Shown: positions 15,315 to 28,281, counted from the stretch's first letter. The stretch: 64,000 nucleotides of DNA from Octopus vulgaris (GCA_951406725.2 OX597829.1:15872001-15936000), one strand, 5' to 3'. Translations and numbers: made by a program. Notes: generated by a model not told the origin, from the letters alone.

Positions 15315-18300
15315 CTACAGGATCATGCTCAAAATGGTTTCGTCACTCGCACGCACCATCTTTGCAACATTCACCCATCTTTTTTTTAATCTTTCGCGAG
15401 ACAAAACTTCCCTCTCCATTCTCACCTTCCTTTTCAAGTGGTACTTGAAAAAGTTGATGAGCGATTGGCCAGAGAGGTAAGTGTTTGTCTCTAATCCTTT
15501 CGCTCGGCTCCACCACACACATTCTTTCACCATGGCCACCAGTACGATGAAAACTGCCTTGTCTTCCCGGTTGAGGGAAGGGGGCGGAGCAATTCTCACA
15601 ATAGACTCGGCCGATAGGCGGATTCGTCCCACACGTGACAGCAGCCGTTCGGCATAAGCCCACAGGTCTGAAATGGTTGGACATTGCACGAGTGCGTGCA
15701 GAACGGTTTCGTCGCTCTGACCGCATCTCGGGCAAGTCGGTCCAGTGTGTCTGGAACCGTGTCTGTAGAGCTTATCCCGAACAGGTAATGCTTCTCGATA
15801 GCACTGCCAGGCCAGGGATCTTTGGTGGTTGTTCATAGGTCCCGGCCCGAAAGTTATCCTGAACAGGCGGGTCAGGTGTTCCTCGTCGACGCCCAGACTC
15901 TGCCCGAGTTCGTCGTCGCACCTCCCCTCCACTAATCCTCTATAGAATGCCTTTGTTGTGATGGAGTTGCACAAGTTCGATCCCGGACGGCAGAGTTGCT
16001 TGAGAGCAACGCGACACTCGCGGTGCCATTCGCCTAGCCTCGGTCTCTGCTTGATCCATGACTGTAGTTCGTCCAAGGAGACGAGCTGCGGGAAAGCGCG
16101 CCGCACAAAAGGCGACCACACCTGTTCACCGTTGTCTATGAAGCGCCGGAGATGTCGCAGTCTCAGCGCATGTCTGCGCATCATCAACCACGGCATGCCC
16201 AGCCCTCCATTTAGCGGGTGTTGACAGCAAATGGATCGCCTAACCATCGGAACGTTTCCCTTCCACAAGAAGCGGAAGAGTATACATTCCAGTTTGGTGA
16301 TGGTAGGGTCGGGACAAGGCACGACGGTCAGACGATATACTCGATGACGGATGCGATGTACGCGTTCGCCACCTCCGCCCGACCTTTTAGGGATAGATTT
16401 CTCTCAGCCCATTTCTGGGTGAGAGTAGCCACACTAGGCGTTATCTCGCCCCAGTTCTTCTCCATTTGGAGGTCCGGACCGAACCAGACCCCGAGCAATT
16501 TAACCGGTCCGTCCGTCCAGCGTCCCACGATGGAGACGCTGTTGGACGGCATGGGCCTGCCGAGCCGCAAGCCCACTGACTTTTCCCGGTTAATTTTTGC
16601 TCCCGTTATCGCTTCGTATTCTTTTAGTGTCCCGCCGACCAGCTCTATGTGCTCGTAGCTCGACACTATGACGGTGACGTCATCCGCGTATGCAGACACG
16701 CTCCTCCCGCATCCCAGCTCTCGTGGCATGCCCCTCAGCGTCGCCAGTTTCCGCAGTAGTGGCTCAAGAGTCAATACATACAGCAGCGATGAGAGGGGGC
16801 ATCCCTGACGAACCGAACGCATGATGTTAAAAGGTCTGGATAGATGACCATTTACGCGAACTACTGAGCGGATGCCGCTGTATAAGGCAGCGATCCAACC
16901 GCGGAAAACTGGACCGAAACCAGCCGCTTTAAGGACAGCCTCGAAGTAGTGATGGTCTACCCTATCGAAGGCTTTTGATTGATCCAAATTGATCAGCGCC
17001 CCACCCATGCCAGGATTCTTAACTACCCTGTCTATGATGTAGCGCATCAGATGGAGGTTGTCATGAATACTTCTACCCGGCACGGCGCATGTTTGCGCCT
17101 TGTCGATTAGTTTCTTGATGACAAGCGCCAACCTCTCGGCTAACACCTTGGCCAAAATTTTCAAATCTGCGTTGAGCAGAGTGATGGGCCTGAAATTATC
17201 TATGACGTCCCCCTTGTTTGGGTCTTTCTTAATCAGTGCCACTGATCCTCGCTTTACAAAAGCAGGAATACTCCCGTTTTTCTGCCAGTTGCAGTAGACA
17301 GCTGCCAAGACGCTTCCAAACAAGTCTGGCATATGAAAATAAAGTTCGTAGGGCAGACCATCCAAGCCTGGTGACTTGTCTATCGCGCAGCCTACCATCG
17401 CATCCTGTACGTCCGCAGCTGTGATAGGCCTTTCACAAGACTCCACCTCTTTTGCTGAGAGTCGTGGCAAGGCATGCAGGTAGGCACTAAAGTCCACTCT
17501 GCGTTCTGACCCACCACTTGTCCCAAACAGTTGGGTGAAGTGTTGTTGAAAAGCTCCACACATCCTTTTAGGCTCGAGCAATTCGCGCCCCTGTTCATCT
17601 ATAAGAGACTTGATGGTGGCTCTGTTGCCTCGTTGCGTCTCCACCACTCGGGCCTCTTGGGCGGCTCCAACTCCTTCGTTCATCAGAGCACGCATCCTAG
17701 CTCTGACAACGCATCCCTCGTGTTTGGCGTTGAGGTGTTGGTCGAGGACCAATCTCGCCGCCAGCACGTTGGACGCGATGCCAGTTCTAAGTGCCTCTTC
17801 TAAAGCCTTAACTAATTCTCCCTCTATTCTATTTCGGTCTAATGCTAGTGCTTTACTGTATCTGACTGATTCTGCTTTAATTGCTTTTTTTAGAGCATAC
17901 CACCATCTGTTGTTGATGATGGTACCCGTCAAAGCTCCCTTAACTAATGTTCTGATCCGGTCCCTGTAAACCTGTCGTGCTGTAAAAGACGCGTTCAGTT
18001 TCCAGTAACCAGGACCCTGCCTATGTGTCTTATCTAAGTCAAGTGTACAAGTCACAAACTTGTGATCTGTGTAACTGTCTATATGAAATTGTGGACAACC
18101 TACGCTATTTTTATCTATTGTCCTACAGAATACTCTATCTAAGTATGATCTGGACGACCCGATGCGGTTACTCCATGTCCACATTGGCACATTCGGGTGG
18201 TCCAGTCGGTACCTGTCAGACAGTTGGAAACGTCTGAGCAGGTCTTTGAGGCATTTGCATCCCCTTCTATTGCTATCTCTGCCCACGTAGTCTAGATGCG

Positions 18301-18733
18301 TGTCCAGGGTGGCATTCCAATCCCCCACTAAAAGTAAAGGACGAGACGTTCCCATGAAAGACTCTAGACGTCGAAAGAAATCTGGTCGGCCTGTTAAGGA
18401 CGGAGCATAAACTGCTATCAGTCGAAAAGCACACTCATTGCTGCCATCGACATCCAAGACGACCAGCCTACCCTCCGGGTCTAGGAAAATTGCTCTTACT
18501 TTGAGATCTAGACTCTTCCGGAGAAGCACCGCGGTGCCACCTCCGCCCATTCTCGGAGAAAAATAAATGTTAAAATGTGTACCGAAACTGTGCTGGAGTG
18601 CCCGCAAGCTGTGGAGTCTGGTCTCACTGATGGCTATGATATTCAGATTTAGTGACTTGATGTCATTTAACAGGTAGCCTTGTTTCCAAGGCGACCCCAA
18701 GCCACGTACATTTATACTGCCTATTCTGAGCAT
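15315..18733 (-). pseudogene. Tx1 ORF2 (APE endonuclease, reverse transcriptase, zf-RVT) with one frameshift
   Basis: Motifs SINVRGL, ISETRLH, AVYAP, GDWNA, YLDR, TDHK (APE); SPGLDGLP, NFRPITLLNADLKIL, LDQSKAFDRV, QGCPLS, YADD (RT); CPRCGQSDETVLHALVQC. A 2-bp insertion near 16337 (IEYIV* versus IDYCLTVVPCP in copy 3) splits it into ORFs 16328-18733 and 15315-16322. Confidence 0.95.
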
Positions 18734-18802
18734 GTTCCGATAAAAAATTGTGTTTTACACACGAAAAGAAAGTGCAAAAATGAAAGAGAGAGAGAGAAAA
18801 GG

Positions 18803-20890
18803 TTACTTGTTGTTCGAAAGTCCTTTGTTTTTCACCTCACAATCTTCTTCTATGAGGCTTTTGTATAGTTTTTTTGATGAATACTTTTGAAATCTCCCTA
18901 CTGCATCAGGGTAAAGAGATTTCAGGGTGCTGTATGTGTTCTGTGTTACGTGTATTATTTTAATGTGTTGTGGTGGTGTTGTGCGTGGGTGGTTACTTGT
19001 TTTTATGTCGTTTTCAGTTATGTTAGTGTTTGACCTAATGTGTTCCATTAGGTCGTGGTTGTTTGTGTTTATGGCTGTCAACATTGTTGTGGGGTTTGAT
19101 GATGGTGTGTTTGTGTTGATGTGTTTGTTTTCTGTGGATGTTTTTGTTTCGGGAGTGGTGAATCTTCCTGCTTTGTTTGTTATCTTTTCTTTTCTTTTTT
19201 TTCTCTTTTTCTTCTCCCCCCTGTGGCTATTTGCCAATCTTCTGTGTCTTCTTCGTCTAATGACAAATCAGAAGAATCAGAGCTTGGAAGAGGGAAAATA
19301 TTGGGGTCTATTGTAGACTGTGTTGATTTTGTTGTTGGTGTTGGTTGGTGAGCGTTAGGTTGTGGTGTATGCGGTTTTGGAGGTGGAGTGTGGGTATTTT
19401 GTGTTTGAGTGATTGTAGGTATTGTTGTGTTGTTTGGAGTGTCAATTTTGTGGGGATTTGGAGTAGTAATTGTTTCTTCATTTTCGATGAGTGTCTTTTT
19501 GGCAGATCTCTTTGGTTTGGGAGTTGGTTTATTCTTGGTTGTTGTTGTTGGTGATGTTGCTTCTGTTCTTGGTGCAGTTGGTGTGGTTGTTTGGTTGGTG
19601 AGGTTTGTTTTTTGTTGATTTTCTGTGATTAGTCCTGTTCGTGCAAAACGTGGTGTGGGTAGTAAACCTGGTTTATTTGTTTTTTCCGTTGTTTTTTCGT
19701 GCTGTTTTCTTGCGGCAGATTTGCAGTCTTTTTTTAGGTGTTGTTCACTGCCGCATATGTAGCAACGTGGCCTTCTGCCATCGACGACCACATACAACTT
19801 GTGGTCTTCTGATACACATATCTGGGTGGGTATTTTCTTTATGTCTTCTTGGTTTATATGTAGTAGAAATTCTACATTTTTTCCCACCCAGTTTTTGTGC
19901 TCCGTGACCGTGGTTTCCAAAATTGTGAAATCTTTCATTTTCACACATAAGGCCTTTACTAACCAGAGATTGTTAGCTATTTTTGGGACGTTGTTTAAAG
20001 TGATCTTAGTCACTTTCTGTCCACGATAGCTTGGTATTAATGTCAGTTCATCTGAATGAAGAGTTAGCGTTGAGAAACGTTTTGCTAACTCTTCAGTGTG
20101 GAAAACCACTTGTATGTGTGCGAACTTGCTCCACCAGGTCACATAGTCTTTGTAGTTCCAGATGGGTTTCAAGCATTTTTTATTTTGCTTGTGTTAGCCT
20201 TCTCTGGACTTTTTGTTTTCTTATTAATTATTTTATAAATAATTGTTCTTTTTTTTCATCTTCTAATATTTCTTCTGGTATGTTTATTTTTACTATACCA
20301 TCTACTTCCGTTATTGTAATGTTCGTGTCTGTTATTTGTTGTGCAGTAAAATATACTGTTGTCTTTTTTTCTTTAATCGCCTCGGCGAAATTTGTTGTTG
20401 TTTTGTTATTGTTGTTGCTGGTGGTGATGTTGTTGTTGGCTGCAGTTGGTAAATTTGGTGTATTTGGTTTGATTGTGCAAGTAGAAAGGGGTGGAAAATT
20501 ACTTGCATAATTTATTTCTGTATTCGAGCAGCTTTTGTCAATTTGTTTGGTGGTCACAGTCTTTTGTTTATTCACTTCAGTTCTTGTTGTTGGAGTAAAA
20601 CAGGTCTGAACGGAATTGTTGTTGTTGTTTTTGTTGTTTTTGTTGTTGGTGGTAGTGTCAGTGGCAGAAGAGACAGCCGTGGCAGCAGATGTCGAAATGG
20701 TGGCGCAATTTTAATTTTTGTTGTCATTGTTATTTTTGTTGTTGTTGGTAGTTGAGGTAGTGGATGAGGTGGCGGCGGTGGTGGTGGTGGTGGTGAAGGC
20801 GGTGGTGGTAACAGTAGTAGTCTCTATGTTGTTCTTGCTAGTGGTGGTGTTGGTGACAGGGCTGTTACTACAAGTAGTTGTAGCGTTCAT
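18803..20890 (-). pseudogene. Tx1 ORF1 (gag-like nucleic-acid-binding protein), fragmented
   Basis: Starts MNATTTCSNS at ATG 20890; ORF pieces 20228-20575, 19180-20172 and 18803-19237; knuckle RPRCYICGSEQHLKKDC; collinear with ORF1 of copy 3. Confidence 0.85.
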
Positions 20891-21224
20891 TGCAAAGTCA
20901 TTGATGATTTTACTTTGCGCGCATAAATTCTTTTTTTTTTCTCCTAGCGTTTCCAGTCTAGGAGAAAGCTGGTCGATAAAGGAACGCGACCATCGTTCTA
21001 CAATACAATTTCTTGACATTTTCAAAATGTCGAGAAAGAAATTACAAAAGTTAAATAGGGTTGAAACTGTCCCTAGGGGCGAATTCCTCCCATGGAAAAG
21101 CACTCAAACGAAAGTTGGGTGCCTTACACACCTTATTTACAAAAATGTACACAAAATATGGGCTATAAATAGTCAAAATAAACGATTACCTTCGGAGCCG
21201 AAGTGACAGCACGTCCATAGACAG

Positions 21225-21602
<378 letters not shown>

Positions 21603-21609
21603 TATCTTC

Positions 21610-21950
21610 TGGCTCTGGTGAGACAAGTTCGTTTTGCAGTATTGCCACGTTATTTTACATTTGAGATGCTCACGAAAACTCCTCAGAGCTGTAGTAACTT
21701 TTCATGGAGGCAGCGAAGGTTAGCTGAAGTGTCGAAGATATCTGTGTAGGAAAGAGTGGTAAGATCTGTATACGTTCAAGAATTGTTATGGATAAATACA
21801 AGTCATTAATGGCCAGTAGTGACAGAGAAAAGATTGAGGAAGACATGACCAAATGATAGTGAACGCTAAAGTTGAAAATGTTGGTCAAAGAGAGTTTTAT
21901 GTACACAAGAAATTCCCAGACGAAGAGACGATTTGAGAGGAAAGTTAAAG
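21610..21950 (-). mobile_element. Old CR1/L2-like RT remnant
   Basis: SSIFSLSLLAINDL...SSTLQ resembles the SVLSPxLFLLFINDL...DDSTL region; probably continues at 14560-14675 across the RTE/Tx1 insertion. Confidence 0.45.
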
Positions 21951-22039
21951 TTAAACCATTTTAATAGCATATGCGGGTGAATACTTGCTATCAAGAAACA
22001 GTTCTATATTTAAGAGATGAGGAATTATGTACATTATTT

Positions 22040-22945
22040 ACATTTGACGGTTATTTGTCCTCAACGTTTTGACTGATATACCCTCCAGCCTTCATCAGGT
22101 GGCTTGGGGAAATTTCGAACCTGGGTTCGAATTCCTAATTTTTAGATGTTGTTATTATTATTAATATTATTATTATTATTATTATTATTATTCAAGTCAC
22201 TGCCTGGGACCGAACTTGGAATTAGTAACCCGCGCTCTTAACCACTACGCCATATGCCCGTAGGCAATTATGGAGTGAATTTTTAGGGCTTATAAATCTA
22301 ATATTTTTCTATTCTTCCTTAATACCGGTTGCTCATATCTGTTCAGACGGTTGTTGTGCTGCTTCTTTTAGTTTTCATATTTTCCAGTGGTGTTCTCTGT
22401 CTATTATTTTAACTTCATCCCACAGGGGGAGGTGGTCTCCATTTTTCCATATATGATCAGCTATACCCGATTTATCAATATCTCCCCGTGTCACAGCTTT
22501 GCAATGTTCATCTACCTTTATTTTGATGGGTTGGCATGTTTCGCCTTAGTATAACCTACCACAGCAGCATGGGATGGAGTACAAGCAGTTTTTGTTCATA
22601 TTCTCTTCTATTGGTGGTTTTACTCGAAGGAGATGTTTGCGAAGTATATTACTTTTGAATACTGTCCTGATGTCATATGGGCCGCGTATCTTTGTATCTC
22701 TTCGGAGAAGCCTTTCACATAGAGTAGACAGACTGTGGATAGTTTATTGGCTTCATTCTCTCTTCTCCTCATAATTGGAGTGAATAGTATGTTTGGGGGT
22801 AGTTGTTGCTTAACAGATTGTTACTTAGCTTGATCATTTCTTCGTGGTGGTATCACGATCGCTACTTATATTCTTCGCTCAATGTTTTAGGCACTGAGCA
22901 ATCCCTCTCTTTACACTGTATGGATGGTGGGAATTGAAGTTGAGA
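22040..22945 (-). mobile_element. Penelope-like element remnant: RT thumb, GIY-YIG endonuclease, pLTR with mutated hammerhead
   Basis: Minus strand reads NCLYSIPCCCGRLY*GETCQPIKIKVDEHCKAVTRGDIDKSGIADHIWKNGDHLPLWDEVKIIDRE; hammerhead-like motif at 22062-22102. Confidence 0.85.
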
Positions 22946-22998
22946 CAGACAGAGACGATACACAGAGAGATAGACAAAGCAAGAGAGAAAGTATTTCA

Positions 22999-23226
22999 TA
23001 TTTCTTTACTACCCTCAAGGGGCTAAACACAGAGAGGACAAACAAGGGCAGACAAACGGATTAAGTCGATTATATCGACCCCAGTGCGTAACTGCTACTT
23101 ATTTAATCGACCCCGAAAGGATGAAAGGCAAAGTCGACCTCGGCGGAATTTGAACTCAGAACGTAACGGCAGGCGAAATACGGCTACGCATTTCGTCCGG
23201 CGTGCTAACGTTTCTGCCAGCTCGCC
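22999..23226 (-). mobile_element. Family B SINE, full length
   Basis: Same consensus; 20-bp TSD GCAAGAGAGAAAGTATTTCA at 22979-22998 and 23227-23246. Confidence 0.92.
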
Positions 23227-23487
23227 GCAAGAGAGAAAGTATTTCAGTTAACGAATGTGTCCATCACAAGGAGTGAAAGAAATATCTTGATAGCAGAGCT
23301 ATAATGATTTCCACCCCTTCTCCATGGAAAGAAAAAAACCGCTGTAGAATGATTAGTAATACAGACAAGGAGCTTACCGCATGGAGGTAAAATTGCAAAA
23401 AGTTTGGCGAATGTAAGGCATAGCTCTAATGCGGGTCATTTGAAGGCAATGAAATTATTATCAGTGGCCTCCTTTGTTGGTTTAAAC

Positions 23488-23756
23488 AAGTGGTTCTCAG
23501 CCATTTTTTGCCTACGGACATTTTTGATTCTTATTTTACTCAAATGGACCCTCCTAGACATTCCATGTTTAGAAATCCTATTGTACTTTTATAATTAAAT
23601 ATTATTAGCAGATGTATAAAAAAAATTGATAAAACGCTTTTTTTTGTATTGTAGAAATATAACCACAAATTTTAACAATAAAATTTTATGTGAACTCCCA
23701 AGGGCCATATGGACCCATCCCAGCAGTGCCATATGAACCGCTATTGAGAACCAATG
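23488..23756. mobile_element. hAT (Charlie-like) MITE
   Basis: TIRs AAGTGGTTCTCAG / TTGAGAACCAATG; 8-bp TSD GTTTAAAC (23480-23487) and GTTTAAAG (23757-23764). Confidence 0.8.
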
Positions 23757-24151
23757 GTTTAAAGTAATCATGAGTGCATTGTACATTGTCCTGAGACTGA
23801 TAGAGTAAAAAAAAATGAACGTTTTAGTGAAGTTTCGTTGATTGTGTGACATTAAATTGTATCCGGCAATGAGGTTCCACCTCCGAAGTTCATGAGTTCT
23901 GATGCAGTGTGGAACAACCCCTTAGTCAACACTACTTTCAAGAGTACTCTGACGATTTTTGGTGTTGGTGGTGGTGGTGGTGGTGGTGGTGGTGGTGGTG
24001 GTGATGATGATGAAGGTCGTAGTAGTTGTGATGGTGGTATTGGTGGTGATGGTGACTGTGGTATTGCTGCTGCTGTTGCTGTTACAGTTGAGCTGTTGAG
24101 CGAAGCTGTCTTCGTTCCAGTGGGAGAAGTCCGAAAAGTGGTCCTTTGCTA

Positions 24152-24441
24152 TTCGTAATACCCGCAGAAGAGAAAGCAGGTCAACCCCCGACACCGAGAG
24201 CAACCGACGGATGGATGAATGCGCATCCAGGCTCAGCGGTTGCGTAGAAAGTCGGGGGCATGAAACAGGAAGAAAGAGTGAGAGAAAGTTGGGGCGAAAG
24301 AGTACAACAGGGGTCGCCACCACCCCTTGCCGGAGCCTCGTGGAGCTTTAGGGGTTTTCGCTCAATAAACACATACAATGCCCGGTCTGGGAATCGAAAC
24401 CGCGAGTCCGCTGCCCTAACCACTGGGCCATTGCGCCTCCA
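24152..24441 (-). mobile_element. Family C SINE, tail type 2
   Basis: Same head and core; different 3' segment ending CTTCTGCGGGTATTACGAAT. Confidence 0.85.
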
Positions 24442-26774
24442 CTTGCTGCTGCTGCTTGTGACGATGATGAGGATGACGATGATGACGACCATCACCCCCA
24501 ACACCATCACCACCCATCACCACCACCACCATCACGACGACGACGACGATGATGATGGTGGTGTGGTTGATAGTAAGGGAAATTCAATAATGGTCCGGGG
24601 TGGTTGTTACTTGTCAAAGCCCCCAAGAATAAAAGATTGTCCCATAGTTAAAGGCATACAGGACTCAGAAGATGGCAGGCCCTTAGATATTTATCATAAA
24701 GGCTCATCAGGCCGACATCAGGTGAACCATATACTGGCAGAAAGCAACGAAAAGCTTCTGCTGTGTTTTCTGCAGAAAAATTATGTAGCTTCAGATTTTG
24801 TCATGAAAATCCATGACCGATGTCACCTGTAAAAACAGACATGGTACGTGAAGAGAGCTGGAGAGCATTGTAGAACTGGAAACAAACATAGGGAAGAATA
24901 TGAGAAAGCTTTTTTCTAAGATGGCAAACAGTTACGAAGTTTTATTGATTGAGAAAAGAAAAAAAAAAAAGAGTAGAAAATTTTGGAGGATTCCTTAGAG
25001 TTCTTAACTTAACAAGTCTTCAAAAGGTCCAGCTACAATTTAGGAAGTGAAAGAAGTTGCTGGGTGAAACATGCATCTTTTGTTTTCAGAAGTGTATTTT
25101 TTGAAAGAGAATCAGCGGTGAGTAAAGTCATCCAGTTGATGAAGTGGTAAGTTTCCTCTGCTGTTGCTTCTGTTGGTGCTGATTTTGTTGTTGTTGTTGT
25201 TGTTGTTGGCAAAATACCTTGTTTGCGCTACTTCGGAATAGCTGTGTGTGAATAGCATGGTTCCTTGGCTGTTGTGGGATTAGATTATGTGAGGAATATT
25301 AAGAAATATACTTAAGAAGCCAACTTCCGTCATCGGTATATTTCTTTTGTGAAATCGAGAAGAAACTCGCTGAATGTTGGTGGTGAGTTTGGTTTTCCTA
25401 CAAGCTTCTCCCATTCAAGGGAAATCTATTGATACGATATTGATTTTTGTTAAAGGGATGTTTTCTTACCAAAATTTGAAGATGGAAACAAAAGTTGAGG
25501 GAGACGAATATAAGAAGGAAAGAAGGAGGAAAATGAGGAGGAGGAGAGTAAAATGGTGAAATAAAGTGGTGAGTGAGAGACAAATAAAATAGTGTCGCTA
25601 AGGAGTTGAAATCTAGATGCAACGTTACTGCTATTACATTAGATAAATTTATGTTCGAAGTAAGAAATAACAATATGAACAACGTGAACAGCAACAAGAA
25701 TTACAACAATGCGAAATACCTAAAGACAACAATAAAAATAATAAAAACAGTGGTAAAAGCAGCAACAATAACAACAACAGCTAACACTACTACAATAAGA
25801 GGGACACAGCCAACAGCATCAACACACACGCATTTATTTTTAATGAGATTTTCCAGCTGTCTTCGTCTCGAATGTTTGTGAAAGAAAATATAAATGCAAC
25901 GATAGTTCAGCAACAGGTCGGTCAAACATTATAAAAACAACCTCAAACGCAACCATCATGGCCAAGGCTTTCTATGTGGAAATCGGTTCCATCGCCGGTC
26001 AAAATATTGACAAGGGTAAACTAATAGTCAACGACAAGAATTAACGGGAAAAACATGAGATTCAGCTTTCATAAATACAAGAGGCATGCAGTATAGCAAG
26101 TATTACAAGACGGCAATTTTGTCGGATGTGTCACAGAGGGTTATTCAAAGAATCGATGAACGGTAACCTATTGATGAATAACTCATTGAGCAGAGAAACA
26201 AACACACAGAAAGGGAAAGCAATGTTTGAAATCTCTGTGAGAGAGAAAAGGCAGCAAGTTGTTACATCATTCGTTGTGAATATTCCAACTATCTGCGCTC
26301 TGAGTTCAAATACAGCCGACATCAACTCTGCTTTACATCTTTTATGGGGTCGATAAAAGAAGTATCAATCGAGGTTGATGAACTGGTGGAACTTAAGAAT
26401 GCCGGTCCAGATGTCTTGCGGTATTTATTCCGGCTTTTTGCATTCATAATTAAATTCCTGCTACTCGGTAGAGTTAGTCCATCACCCGGTTTAATACCAC
26501 CACTTGGCAATTTTGGTTACTTTTAGTGGAGTCCATTTTGTCGTAAGCATTTAGGTGAGGTTTCGTGTTCGGGGCTACCTTTCACCCCTCTTCTTACCAG
26601 TCCTTGAGGCCCTGTAAAGGGTCATGAACATTACGTTCCCCTATACTTAAGAATATATATAAAGAAGATATACATTACCCATGGAGAACATTTTGTTGCA
26701 GCAGATGCCAGATTTTCCACAGTTGCCGAACCGCTTAAGAACAAGGATTCCACACTTATACTAAGATATATGAG

Positions 26775-27002
26775 GGCGGCGAGCTGGCAGAAACGTTAGC
26801 ATGCCGGGCGAAATGCCTAGCGGTATTTCGTCTGCCGTTACGTTGAGTTCAAATTCAGCCGAGATCGACTCGGCCTTTCATCCTTTCGGGGTCGATAAAT
26901 TAAGTACCATTTGCGCACTGGGGTCGATATAATCGACTTAATCCGTTTGTTTGTCCTTGTTTGTCCTCTCTGTGTTTAGCCCCTTGTGGGTAATAAAGAA
27001 AT
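26775..27002 (+). mobile_element. Family B SINE
   Basis: Same consensus; short TSD ATATATGAG. Confidence 0.9.
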
Positions 27003-27648
27003 ATATATGAGCAGATGTGTGATAAAGGTAACAGTTGGGCGTGCCTACAAGACAAACTTACCGATGGCTAATTGTGATTGTTTTGCTTGATGTAGCTAGA
27101 ATTAAGATTCAAAAAGTAGGCTGGTTTGATGTAGACATATCCCTGATTAGATATGGCCAATGCTAACTAGAAAAGGAGCAAAAATTATCTAGTTAATGGA
27201 ACAACCACATGGAATTCGGTTAAATATAACGCTCGAAGGTGAACGACCTGTGACGCAAACCACTGAATGGCTTTCTGCTAAAATGAAAGAGTGAAAGAGC
27301 GAAAGAGGAAGGACCTCCCCCCACTCCCCTACCTCACCTACTGCACTCACACTTTCTACTATCGGAACCTCAACCTCAATTGTAACAACCCCCGCTATCG
27401 ACACATCAACAGCAATAACAGTAAAAGAAGTAGATCAAACAACAATTCTATCATCAACAATACCATGAAGATGAAGAAGAAAAACGAAGAACAACAACAA
27501 CAGCGACGACTACGACGACAACAACAGTAGCAGCATCAACATTTGCTGCAGCAGCAGTAGTAGTAGCAGTAGCAGCAGCAGCAGAGATTGACAAAAGCAA
27601 CTACAGTATTGACAACAAAGACCGATGACGATGACAACAACAACAGAA

Positions 27649-27772
27649 TGGAGGCGCAATGGCCCAGTGGTTAGGTAAGCGGACTCGCGGTCGTAAGAAC
27701 GCGGTTTCGATTCCCAGTTCCGGGCATTGTGAGTGTTTATTGAGCAAAAACACCTAAGCTCCACGAAGCTGC
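27649..27772 (+). mobile_element. Family C SINE 5' fragment
   Basis: Head and core only. Confidence 0.8.
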
Positions 27773-27969
27773 GGCGGGATCTTTAAAAGTATTAATACAT
27801 TAAATATGATACACGTATTATTTAATTTATATTAAAAAAATGAACAAATATCCATATAGACACATACATATATATATATATATATACATATAATAATACG
27901 TGTATCATGTTTAATGTATTAATATTAATATTTAACGCATTAATATTCATATTTTTAAAGTTCCTTATA

Positions 27970-28105
27970 ACCTCTGACGAGGCCTATGGTTATATATATA
28001 AGTACTCTATTTTTAAATGCCTACAACCTCAGTATGTTGACACCTATAGGCAATGAAAATAAAATTAACTACTTTTAGCCATAGGCTGAAACAGCTGTAA
28101 GAAGT
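27970..28105 (+). ncRNA. Hammerhead motif with long stem II insert
   Basis: CTGACGA (27974-27980), GGCCTATGGTTA...TAGCCATAGGCT, GAAA (28088-28091), CAGCTG, TA; stem I is weak. Confidence 0.65.
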
Positions 28106-28281
28106 GATTTTAATGATTTCAATAATTCATATTATGACGTTTATAATTTGTATTCTTATCTTATATGTATTGAATCATAAGATATATATGTATCCTATTG
28201 ATGTTCTCATTTTGTTAAATATATAAATAATCCAACATTATAATTTCCGAAAGTAAATTTGTTCCTCCATTTTCTTATTTG

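Larger units (their letters stand above)
15021..21222 (-). mobile_element. Near full-length Tx1-clade (L1 superfamily) non-LTR retrotransposon, copy 1
   Basis: Structured 5' UTR (about 20900-21222), ORF1 with CCHC knuckle, ORF2 with APE, RT and C-terminal CCHC, 3' UTR ending in AATAAA followed by (TATC)n; bordered by (GATA)n at 14925-15020 and 21225-21602. Confidence 0.95.

Noticed and set aside
15635-18237. Plus-strand ORFs overlapping Tx1 ORF2, conserved between copies (for example 15958-16224 and 45452-45709)
   Set aside because: Antisense shadows of the conserved ORF2; no independent evidence of coding.
24260-24832. 190-aa ORF with poly-His and poly-Asp
   Set aside because: Read-through of an antisense SINE, trinucleotide repeats and a probable decayed LINE fragment.
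25900-26640. Weak LINE endonuclease-like and RT-like patches
   Set aside because: Too decayed to assign a family or boundaries by eye.
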